This document shows positions 24,337 through 31,907 of a stretch of 43,558 nucleotides of DNA, in pieces. The notes beneath the pieces are model-generated. The model worked only from the letters and a program-made list of their open reading frames with translations, was not told where the DNA came from and searched no databases. Numbering within the stretch: the first letter of the stretch is position 1; each line of letters starts with the position of its first letter. This DNA is from Patescibacteria group bacterium. GTDB lineage: Bacteria; Patescibacteriota; Minisyncoccia; UBA6257; MFKM01. A program made the position numbers and the translations under genes. The stretch is from NCBI GenBank assembly GCA_038065115.1, contig JBBTRS010000034.1, positions 1 to 43,558 on the forward strand, written 5' to 3'.

Positions 24337-24639
24337 TTAGGGTCGCGCTGTTGGGGTCTGTTTTTTGTTTAATTCCTTATAGAATACTTTTGTAAAATAA
24401 GCGCCTTTATTTTCAACGTTTTTTCTCCCAGAAACGCTTTTGGCTAGGGTCATTAATTCCTGTTCGTCGTATTTTTTAGCTAATCTGATATAAAGTGATT
24501 TATGTTTTTCGTCATTTAGCAGTTGAGCGATGGTTAGGCCGGTAAATTGAAATTTTTTATAAACCCGAGTTTTTTTTGCCCGTTCTTTGATGACGTTTAA
24601 ATAATCTTTATTGATATCGTTTATTTTAGACGCGGCCAT
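24337..24639 (-). CDS. hypothetical basic protein (100 aa)
   Basis: The ORF is intact, and a TATAAT box lies about 17 nt upstream of the ATG. The protein is lysine-rich. No motif was recognised. Confidence 0.5.
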   Translation of the reverse strand: MAASKINDINKDYLNVIKERAKKTRVYKKFQFTGLTIAQLLNDEKHKSLYIRLAKKYDEQELMTLAKSVSGRKNVENKGAYFTKVFYKELNKKQTPTARP

Positions 24640-24788
24640 CGTTTGTGTTAAAATTATACTCCAAGGAGTTATTTATTGCCATAAATTTACCAAAAAAGGC
24701 AAAAATATCGTAAAAAGCGGAGTTGAATAAAAATTAATCTTTCAATTTGCTTTTGAATCGTCTCTGTTATAAAATTCTATTTATTATT

Positions 24789-26003
24789 ATGGAAATTAAA
24801 AAAATCTTTAATAAAAACTCTGGTTCAATTATCGGGCTGGTGTTAACAGTCGGCATTTTTTATTTTTTAGGATTTCAAAGCGGTTTCCAAGAAGCGAAAA
24901 CAAAAGTTATTTACAAAGATAACCCGGAGATTGCCGCTGATTTTTCTTTATTTTGGAGCGCGTGGGAAGCTTTTAAGCAAAATTACGTTCATAATAAAAA
25001 CCTGACCGATCAGGAAATGCTTTACGGAGCGATTGCCGGAATGGTTGGTTCGGCTAAAGACCCTTATTCGGTTTTTTTTAAGCCCAGCGATGCTCAAAAA
25101 TTTGAAGAAGACATAAGCGGTAATTTTGGAGGAATCGGCGCCGAAATTGCCATTCGCGACAGCCAGTTAATGATCGTGGCTCCTCTCAAGGACACCCCGG
25201 CTGAACGCGCCGGATTGAAGAGCGGAGACAAGATTTTAAAGATTAACGATGTTTCAAGCGATACCTTAACCGCGGTTGAAGAAGCGGTAAAGTTAATTAG
25301 AGGGCCGAAGGGAACATCCGTTGTTCTTATGATTTCAAGAAAAGACTGGGAATCGTCCAAGGAATTTTCTATCATTAGAGACAATATATCCGTTCCGACT
25401 CTTGATTGGGAGATGAAGCCGGACAAAATCGCCTATATTCATCTTTATAATTTTAATGAAAACGCTCCCTTGGCTTTTTACAAAGCGGCGCTTCCGGCTA
25501 TTTTGGGCGGGGCTCGGGGAGTAATTTTAGATCTTCGCAATAATCCCGGCGGTTATCTTGAAGTGGCGATTGACCTTGCCGGCTGGTTTTTGGAAAACGG
25601 CGATGTCGTGGTTAAAGAAGAGTTCGGTTCCGACAGACAAGAAGTTCTGAAAGCTGAAGGCAATAGCGCTTTGGTTGATTTGCCAACGGTAATTTTAGTG
25701 AATCAGGGCTCGGCTTCGGCTTCTGAAATCTTAGCCGGCGCTTTAAGAGATAATCGCCAAATTAAAATAATCGGCGAAACTACTTTTGGCAAAGGCACTG
25801 TTCAAGAATTGAAAAAATTCAGCGACGGTTCCGAAATGAAAGTTTCAGTGGCGCAATGGCTTTTGCCTAACGGCGATACGATTGACAAGATAGGAATAAC
25901 GCCCGATATTGAAGTTGAATTAACCGAAGATGACGCTAAAGCCGAACGCGATCCGCAATTAGACAAAGCTTTGGAATTTTTAAAAACCGAAATTAATAAA
26001 TAA
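24789..26003 (+). CDS. carboxyl-terminal processing protease (S41 family)
   Basis: It has a PDZ domain (GIGAEI...AERAGLKSGDKILKIND), the S41 catalytic region (NPGGYL, GSASASEILAGAL) and the TFGKG motif. The ATG at 24789 (MEIKKIF) is preferred over the TTG at 24747. Confidence 0.88.
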   Translation: MEIKKIFNKNSGSIIGLVLTVGIFYFLGFQSGFQEAKTKVIYKDNPEIAADFSLFWSAWEAFKQNYVHNKNLTDQEMLYGAIAGMVGSAKDPYSVFFKPSDAQKFEEDISGNFGGIGAEIAIRDSQLMIVAPLKDTPAERAGLKSGDKILKINDVSSDTLTAVEEAVKLIRGPKGTSVVLMISRKDWESSKEFSIIRDNISVPTLDWEMKPDKIAYIHLYNFNENAPLAFYKAALPAILGGARGVILDLRNNPGGYLEVAIDLAGWFLENGDVVVKEEFGSDRQEVLKAEGNSALVDLPTVILVNQGSASASEILAGALRDNRQIKIIGETTFGKGTVQELKKFSDGSEMKVSVAQWLLPNGDTIDKIGITPDIEVELTEDDAKAERDPQLDKALEFLKTEINK

Positions 26004-26010
26004 TCTTATG

Positions 26011-26157
26011 CCCAGTAGTGAGCCCGCGATTGCTTTAGCTCAATTTATCGCGGGGCTTTCAACTGGGAAATAAATCCATTATTATTAACAAGTCAAATTA
26101 ATAAATCAGAGTCGCGATGAGCTAAAGATAAATTGCTATCGCGGGTCTACTACTGGG
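26011..26157 (+). repeat. TATG-bounded structured repeat, subfamily B, copy B2
   Basis: The termini are the same as in B1. It is flanked by TATG at 26007-26010 and 26158-26161. It starts 8 nt after the stop codon of the protease gene. Confidence 0.85.
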
Positions 26158-26161
26158 TATG

Positions 26162-26291
26162 CCCAGTAGTGAAAACTCGATTTGATTCGCCTTTGGCGAA
26201 TCAGGGTTTTCTAAAACTAAGCAAAAACAAAAAACAATGATTATCAAAAGGTCGTATTATTTCAAATAATTATCGAGTTTCTACTACTGGG
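26162..26291 (+). repeat. TATG-bounded structured repeat, subfamily A, copy A2 (tandem with B2)
   Basis: It shares the middle TATG (26158-26161) with B2. The right TATG is at 26292-26295, and its ATG (26293) is the rplI start codon. Confidence 0.85.
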
Positions 26292-26292
26292 T

Positions 26293-26733
26293 ATGAAAAT
26301 AATCTTATTAAACGATATTAAGGGGTTAGGTAAAAAATTTGAGGTTAAAGAAGTTAAGGATGGATACGCTAAAAATTTTTTAATGCCTCGCAATTTGGCC
26401 AAAATGGCAAATAAAACCAATCTTGGGATTTTGGCTCAACAAAAAGCCGTCTGGGAACGCCAAGAAAAAGAAATTATTGATGGTCTTGAAAAAAATGCCG
26501 AACAGCTTAAGGAAGTTGTTTTGGATTTCCCTCTTAAATCGGGAGAGAACGGGCAAGTTTTTGGCTCGGTTAGCGCTTTGGAAATTAAAAAAGCCCTTGA
26601 AAATTTAGGCTATAAAGACTTTGAAGTGTTTTTAGAAAAACCCATAAAGGAATTGGGAGAGTGCTTGGTGGAAATTGATCTGGGAAAGGGACTTAAATCA
26701 AAAGTCAAAATTAGAGCACATTCACAATCTTAA
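26293..26733 (+). CDS. rplI: 50S ribosomal protein L9
   Basis: 146 aa. MKIILLNDIKGLGKKFEVKEVKDGYAKNFL is the canonical L9 N-terminus. Confidence 0.93.
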   Translation: MKIILLNDIKGLGKKFEVKEVKDGYAKNFLMPRNLAKMANKTNLGILAQQKAVWERQEKEIIDGLEKNAEQLKEVVLDFPLKSGENGQVFGSVSALEIKKALENLGYKDFEVFLEKPIKELGECLVEIDLGKGLKSKVKIRAHSQS

Positions 26734-26983
26734 CGGAACGTCTCGCGCCGTCAAAACGGGTGCGTTTTTTTTGAGCGAATTTAACCACTCCTTCTTTAAG
26801 AGAGTAGAGAGTGTCATCGTTTGCCCGACGAACATTGAGACCGGGGAAATAATGAGTGCCTCGTTGGCGAATGATAATGTCGCCGATTTTCACCATTTCA
26901 CCTTCGGTTCGTTTAATACCTAAACGTTGAGCTGCCGAATCTCTTCCTAATTTTGTTGAGCCTTTTGCTTTTGCGTGAGCCAT
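26711..26983 (-). CDS. rpmA: 50S ribosomal protein L27
   Basis: 90 aa. The N-terminus is MAHAKAKGSTKLGRDSAAQRLGIK..GDIIIRQRGT. The 3' end overlaps the 3' end of rplI by 23 nt. Confidence 0.95.
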   Translation of the reverse strand: MAHAKAKGSTKLGRDSAAQRLGIKRTEGEMVKIGDIIIRQRGTHYFPGLNVRRANDDTLYSLKEGVVKFAQKKRTRFDGARRSVKIVNVL

Positions 26984-27084
26984 AGTTAAGAAAAATCAAG
27001 GATTTAGAATTACAAAATCTAAAGATAAACAATGGTTAATAAGCTTCTTAAATCCTATACCCTGAATCCTATATTTTAAAACAT

Positions 27085-27246
27085 ATGTTGTCAAGTTTTA
27101 AAAATTTCATTTACGAAAACAAAGGCAATATTTTAATAATTTTATCGTTGGTTTTAATGATTTCGTTAAGTTTCGGCCTAGGCTATCTTTTGGCCCGAGA
27201 AACCAACCAAGCGCCGATTATTATTGAAAAATGCTCGTCAGATTAA
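27085..27246 (+). CDS. small single-pass membrane protein (53 aa), below the ORF-track cutoff
   Basis: The ATG at 27085 gives MLSSFKNFIYENKGNILIILSLVLMISLSFGLGYLLARETNQAPIIIEKCSSD*. It has one clear TM helix and fills the gap exactly. Confidence 0.4.
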   Translation: MLSSFKNFIYENKGNILIILSLVLMISLSFGLGYLLARETNQAPIIIEKCSSD

Positions 27247-27250
27247 ACCT

Positions 27251-27279
27251 TTGACAAATCAATAAAATAAGCGTATAAT
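27251..27279 (+). promoter_or_regulatory. consensus sigma70 promoter TTGACA-N17-TATAAT
   Basis: TTGACA is at 27251-27256 and TATAAT at 27274-27279, with an exact 17-nt spacer. Confidence 0.6.
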
Positions 27280-27291
27280 AATAGAACCTAA

Positions 27292-27349
27292 AGTTGAGGT
27301 GTTTAATATAAACCAGTAAAGGGTTAAACATCTTAACTCAAAGATGTTT
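27292..27349 (+). promoter_or_regulatory. 5' leader with two mutually exclusive helices (riboswitch/attenuator-like)
   Basis: Helix 1 pairs 27292-27306 with 27324-27338 (15 bp, two G-U, 17-nt loop). Helix 2 pairs AAACATCTT (27326-27334) with AAGATGTTT (27341-27349) (9 bp) and is followed by UGCUCUUU. Confidence 0.35.
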
Positions 27350-27380
27350 GCTCTTTAAAAATTAGAAGGAGGGTTTGAAT

Positions 27381-27866
27381 ATGCTAAAGATCAGAAACGA
27401 AGATATGTCTTTTGCTTCTAAGCAAGCATTGAGAGGCGATGGAATTAACTGGATCGATTATCTTGATACTCACAATCAGGATTTATCGAATTTTGTATTT
27501 TTTAAGGGAGTAACGGCTGCGGAACTTAAGGGACCGAAATGTTCAGTAAAATTTTTTGAGGAATTAGGAAAATTTACAGATATTTTGTATTTAGGTTTTT
27601 CGGTTATCTATTCAGCGTTGGGTGGTAGATTGCCCAAGGTTGAAAAAAAACACATTGATGAAGCGCTTGAAAAACCTTATTCTGAAGCCGAGTTTGAAGC
27701 TGAATTAAAGAAAAGAAACGAATTTTTGGGAAGATTCATACTCGGATATGAAAGGCAATTGGTACTTAATAGTTTTACCCAAGGCGCTATTGCCTTTGTG
27801 TTAAAATCAGTGTTTATGGCAGCCGATGAAGAAATTCAATGGCTGGACAAAAGACAAAAGACTTAA
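27381..27866 (+). CDS. hypothetical protein (161 aa)
   Basis: The ATG at 27381 is preceded by GAAGGAGGG (27365-27373). The track starts at the TTG at 27375. No motif was recognised. Confidence 0.65.
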   Translation: MLKIRNEDMSFASKQALRGDGINWIDYLDTHNQDLSNFVFFKGVTAAELKGPKCSVKFFEELGKFTDILYLGFSVIYSALGGRLPKVEKKHIDEALEKPYSEAEFEAELKKRNEFLGRFILGYERQLVLNSFTQGAIAFVLKSVFMAADEEIQWLDKRQKT

Positions 27867-27902
27867 AAATTTAAAGTCACCCGTTCAAGGACAAAAACCT
27901 TA

Positions 27903-27934
27903 CCCCGTAGTAAAACTTTTACTACGGGGTTTTT
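27903..27934 (+). terminator. strong intrinsic terminator
   Basis: CCCCGTAGTAAAA (27903-27915) pairs with TTTTACTACGGGG (27917-27929), followed by TTTTT. Confidence 0.8.
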
Positions 27935-28067
27935 ATTAAAAAGGCTTTGCGGAAAAGTTTTTACTACGGGGCTTGCGGGCCTTTTTATTTTTAAATCAGT
28001 TTATAGCCATACAACAAATCAAGCTTGTCCGGGAAAATATCCCGCAGGCTATGTTATAATTAATCCA

Positions 28068-29516
28068 ATGACTGTTTTGATAAAAAACGCCTTAATTTTT
28101 GACGGTTCGGGGAAACCTCCTTTTAAAAGCGATATTTTCATTAATCATCAGCGAATTAATCGTTTGGGCAATTTTCCCCATCAAAGCGCCGAAAAAGTAA
28201 TTGATGCCCGAGGCGCGATGACTACGCCCGGTTTTATTGACATCAACAGCGATGCCGACCACTATTTGACTTTATTTTCCGATCCTTATCAGGCCAGTTT
28301 GATAAAACAAGGCATTACGACCATTATCGGCGGTAATACCGGTTCTTCTCTGTCGCCTTTGATTGACGGTTCTTTGACGTCAATCAGGAAATGGGCGGAT
28401 CCCTCTTTGGTAAATATTAATTGGCGTTCGGTTTCGGAATTTTTAAGGATTTTAAACCGACAAAAACTAGGAATAAATTTTGGAACCTTGATTGGCCATT
28501 CTACTGTTCGACGAGCGATTATCGGAGAAAATATCCGCGATTTAACCGAAAAGGAATTAAAAGTTTTCAGTTATGTTTTAGAAAAAGGACTGAGAGAAGG
28601 AGCGTATGGTTTTTCTACCGGCTTGAGCTACGCTCACTCGCATAATGTTCCTTATCAGGAAATTGAAGAATTGGCGAAAGTTGCCAAGAAATTTAATGGC
28701 GTCTACGCCACCCAGCTTCGCAATTATTCCGGAAAATTGGCGGCGGCTGTCAAGGAGACCATTGGCATCGCTAAAAATACCGGCGTGAACGTGGAAATAA
28801 ATGATTTTCAGCCTTTGAAAGAATATGAGAAAAATTATCTTGAAGCTGTTTCTTTAATAGAAAAAGAAAAAACGAAAACCAATATTCATTTTGATCTTTA
28901 TTCGGATAAACTTAATTTGGTAGAAATTTATACGCTTCTTCCGGAATGGGCCAGGAATGGCAATTTGGAAACGATGCTTCAAAATATTGCGACCGCCAAG
29001 ACCAGAAAACGCATTTTAGAATTTTTAACAAAATCAAAAATTGAAGATTTAACAATTATTGCCAAGGTTCCGCCGGCTTTTAAATTTCTTGCCGGTAAAT
29101 CATTAAAACAATTTAGCGAAAACCAAAATTTAACGCTAACCGAAGCCTTGCTAAAACTGATGGAATTAACCAAACTAAGAGCCGAATTATGGCGTGAGAA
29201 TATAGATTTTCAAACAGTTTTTCAAATTTTGCTTTCAGACAATAGCATTATCGGCTCCCGAGGAGCGGTGAAGTTGCTGAATTTGATTCAAGAAAAAAAT
29301 TTAATGCCTTTGGAAAAAGCTGTTTTTAAAGCAACTTTTTTACCGGCTTGTAAATTTGATATTAAGCATCGGGGATTGATCGCCGAGGGATATTACGCCG
29401 ATATTGTTATTTTACGGGATGGACAGCCGAGCGAAGCGCTGATTAACGGCTCTATTGTTTTGGAAAACGGAAAAACAAAGGATATTCTGCCCGGAAAAAT
29501 TATAAAGCATATCTAA
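28068..29516 (+). CDS. D-aminoacylase-like amidohydrolase family protein with degenerate metal site
   Basis: 482 aa with a typical N-terminus (IKNALIFDGSG...VIDARGAMTTPGFID). The HxH motif reads INSDADH, and the GNCG motif reads GNTG. Confidence 0.78.
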   Translation: MTVLIKNALIFDGSGKPPFKSDIFINHQRINRLGNFPHQSAEKVIDARGAMTTPGFIDINSDADHYLTLFSDPYQASLIKQGITTIIGGNTGSSLSPLIDGSLTSIRKWADPSLVNINWRSVSEFLRILNRQKLGINFGTLIGHSTVRRAIIGENIRDLTEKELKVFSYVLEKGLREGAYGFSTGLSYAHSHNVPYQEIEELAKVAKKFNGVYATQLRNYSGKLAAAVKETIGIAKNTGVNVEINDFQPLKEYEKNYLEAVSLIEKEKTKTNIHFDLYSDKLNLVEIYTLLPEWARNGNLETMLQNIATAKTRKRILEFLTKSKIEDLTIIAKVPPAFKFLAGKSLKQFSENQNLTLTEALLKLMELTKLRAELWRENIDFQTVFQILLSDNSIIGSRGAVKLLNLIQEKNLMPLEKAVFKATFLPACKFDIKHRGLIAEGYYADIVILRDGQPSEALINGSIVLENGKTKDILPGKIIKHI

Positions 29517-29531
29517 TAATTGAGTTAAGGC

Positions 29532-30635
29532 ATGAGACTAAAAATAAAATCAAAAAAGATTGACTATTTTTTTGTTTCACTGGTTTTTTTGTTAACCATT
29601 TTCGGTTTAGTGATGCTAACCAGCGCTTCTTCCGATTTGGGCAAAATTAAATTTAACGACAGTTATTATTATTTAAAACATCAGGTAATTTACGGCTTGA
29701 GCTTTGGTCTTTTGGGTTTTTTTATCGCCGCTAATGTTTATTATCGGCGTTGGGAAAAATTTGCTTTATTTTTTTTGATTGCCAGTATCGGGCTATTGGG
29801 TTTAGTTTCTACTCCTTTGGGGATTTTGTCCGGCGGCGCCAAGCGTTGGCTCTCTTTGGGGCAAATTTCTTTTCAGCCGTCTGAAATAGTTAAGTTGATT
29901 TTTCTGATTTATTTAGCCGCTTGGCTAAGTAAAGATAAAAATAGAGCCCGGCATTTCCTTACTGGTTTCGCGCCATTTTTTTGTTTATTGGCGATTATCG
30001 CCGGCATTTTATTAATCCAGCATTCAACCAGCGCCGTTATTATTATTTTGGCAACTACGCTTGGGGTTTATTTTGTCAGCGGAGCCAGGTGGAGATTTAT
30101 TTTAATTTTTTTTCTGATAGGACTTTTAATCCTGTCTTTGGTTATTCGTTTTACTTCTTATCGGCTTGAAAGAATCGTGTCTTTTTTAAATCCTCAATCC
30201 GATCCTTTAGACAAGACTTACCAAATCAACCAAACCTTGCTGTCTATCGGTTCTGGAATGATGTGGGGCAGGGGTTACGGGCAATCAACGACAAAAATTC
30301 ATTATCTGCCGGAACAGATCGGGGATTCTATTTTTGCCGTTATCGCGGAAGAATTGGGTTTCGTGGGAGCGACCGGTTTAATTATCGCTTTCTTTCTTTT
30401 AATTTGGAAAAGTTTCGCGATTGCCAGAAGAAGCTCTGATAATTTCGCTAAATTTTTAGCGATCGGTTTCGGTTTGTTTATCGGCTCGCAAGCTTTTGTG
30501 CATATCGGATCATTAACGGGATTAATTCCTTTAACGGGCGTGCCCTTGCCCTTTATAAGTTATGGGGGGACGGCTTTGGCAATTTTTTTGACGATGGCCG
30601 GAATTATCACTAATATTTCAAAGTATAGTTCCTAA
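29532..30635 (+). CDS. ftsW: peptidoglycan glycosyltransferase FtsW (SEDS family)
   Basis: 367 aa, polytopic. SEDS motifs are present (SFQPSEIVKL, TGVPLPFISYGGT). It lies directly upstream of murG. Confidence 0.9.
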   Translation: MRLKIKSKKIDYFFVSLVFLLTIFGLVMLTSASSDLGKIKFNDSYYYLKHQVIYGLSFGLLGFFIAANVYYRRWEKFALFFLIASIGLLGLVSTPLGILSGGAKRWLSLGQISFQPSEIVKLIFLIYLAAWLSKDKNRARHFLTGFAPFFCLLAIIAGILLIQHSTSAVIIILATTLGVYFVSGARWRFILIFFLIGLLILSLVIRFTSYRLERIVSFLNPQSDPLDKTYQINQTLLSIGSGMMWGRGYGQSTTKIHYLPEQIGDSIFAVIAEELGFVGATGLIIAFFLLIWKSFAIARRSSDNFAKFLAIGFGLFIGSQAFVHIGSLTGLIPLTGVPLPFISYGGTALAIFLTMAGIITNISKYSS

Positions 30636-30655
30636 GACATAAAATAATATAAATT

Positions 30656-31798
30656 ATGAAAAACAAAATCAGAATTTTATTAACGGCTGGCGGCACCGGA
30701 GGCCACATTTATCCTTTAATTTCAGTAACGGATGAAATCTATCGTTTGGCCGGAGAACGAAATTTTAACTTGGAAATAAAATATTTCGGGCCGGCCAGTT
30801 CTTTAAACGCAGAGTTTGAAAGCAGGGGAGTGGGGGTGGAAAAAATTATTTCCAGCAAATTGCGGCGTTATTTTTCTTTAAATAATTTTATTGATGCTTT
30901 CAAATTTATTCTTGGTTTTTTTCAAGCGCTTTTTAAAATCTTCTGGTTTATGCCGGACTTAGTTTTTTCCAAAGGAGGGCCGGGAGCTTTAGCGGTTATT
31001 ATGGCCGCGCGATTTTACCGAATCCCGATAATGATTCACGAATCGGATACCATTCCCGGCTTAACCAATAGTCTGTCGGCTAAATTCGCGAAAAATATTT
31101 TTATCGCTTTTGAAAAAGCAGCTCAATATTTTCCGCCGGAAAAAACAATACCAGTCGGCAACCCTATCAGAGCCGGTATTTTAAGGGATATTCCCGAGCA
31201 GGAAACGGCAAAAAAGAATCTTGGCTTTAATTCATCTGAACCTTTGGTTTTGGTAGTCGGGGGTTCTCAAGGCGCTCTAAGAATAAATAATTTTGTTTTA
31301 GATAATTTAGGGGAAATTCTTGATTTAGCCCAGCTTTTTCACCAATCGGGTCCAGTTAATTTTTCGGAAACAAAAAAAGAAGCCGATTTTTTGCTTCGGA
31401 CCCTGGGAGATTCTTATCAAAAACGTTACCAATTGGTCGGTTACTTGCAAGACGCAAAAACCGTAAAAGAGGCTTTCGCCGCGGCTGATTTGGTTATTTC
31501 CCGAGCTGGCAGCGGCAGTATTTTTGAAATCGCCGCTTTTGGCAAGCCGAGCATTCTGATTCCCATACCCGAAGAAGTGGTGGGGGAACATCAGATTATT
31601 AATGCTTATGAATATGCCAAGACCGGAGCGGCTGTAGTAATTGAAGAGTCTAACTTTAAATCAAGCATTGTTTTGGATCAGGCCCGGAAAATTTTAACGA
31701 ACCCGGAATTGCAAAATAAAATGAGCCAAGCCGCTAAAAATTTCGCTAAACCCGAAGCGGCTAAAAAAATAGCGGAAGAAATCCTAAAAATCCTTTAA
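30656..31798 (+). CDS. murG: UDP-GlcNAc:lipid I N-acetylglucosaminyltransferase MurG
   Basis: 380 aa. The motifs are GGTGGHIYP, GGSQGA, SRAGSGSIFE and QIINA. Confidence 0.92.
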   Translation: MKNKIRILLTAGGTGGHIYPLISVTDEIYRLAGERNFNLEIKYFGPASSLNAEFESRGVGVEKIISSKLRRYFSLNNFIDAFKFILGFFQALFKIFWFMPDLVFSKGGPGALAVIMAARFYRIPIMIHESDTIPGLTNSLSAKFAKNIFIAFEKAAQYFPPEKTIPVGNPIRAGILRDIPEQETAKKNLGFNSSEPLVLVVGGSQGALRINNFVLDNLGEILDLAQLFHQSGPVNFSETKKEADFLLRTLGDSYQKRYQLVGYLQDAKTVKEAFAAADLVISRAGSGSIFEIAAFGKPSILIPIPEEVVGEHQIINAYEYAKTGAAVVIEESNFKSSIVLDQARKILTNPELQNKMSQAAKNFAKPEAAKKIAEEILKIL

Positions 31799-31907
31799 AA
31801 AGAGTTAAAAATGCCTTGCTTGTAATCGCGAATAAAGTATTAATTTTATTTTGCGACAGACAGCAAATACATGGCAAGATGGGCGGATTTTTGATAAAAT
31901 CAAGACA

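Noticed and set aside
24747-24788. N-terminal extensions in the ORF track that begin at non-ATG codons (24747 for the S41 protease, 31851 for gltX, 39653 for the small membrane protein, 27375, 22704).
   Set aside because: Downstream ATGs give canonical N-termini (signal anchor, or HIGH-motif spacing) and avoid overlap with neighbouring genes or terminators.
1298-26291. A CRISPR array as an explanation for the four repeats.
   Set aside because: The copies are 130-150 nt, dispersed over 25 kb, internally structured and separated by genes. No short regular repeat-spacer pattern and no cas genes are present.
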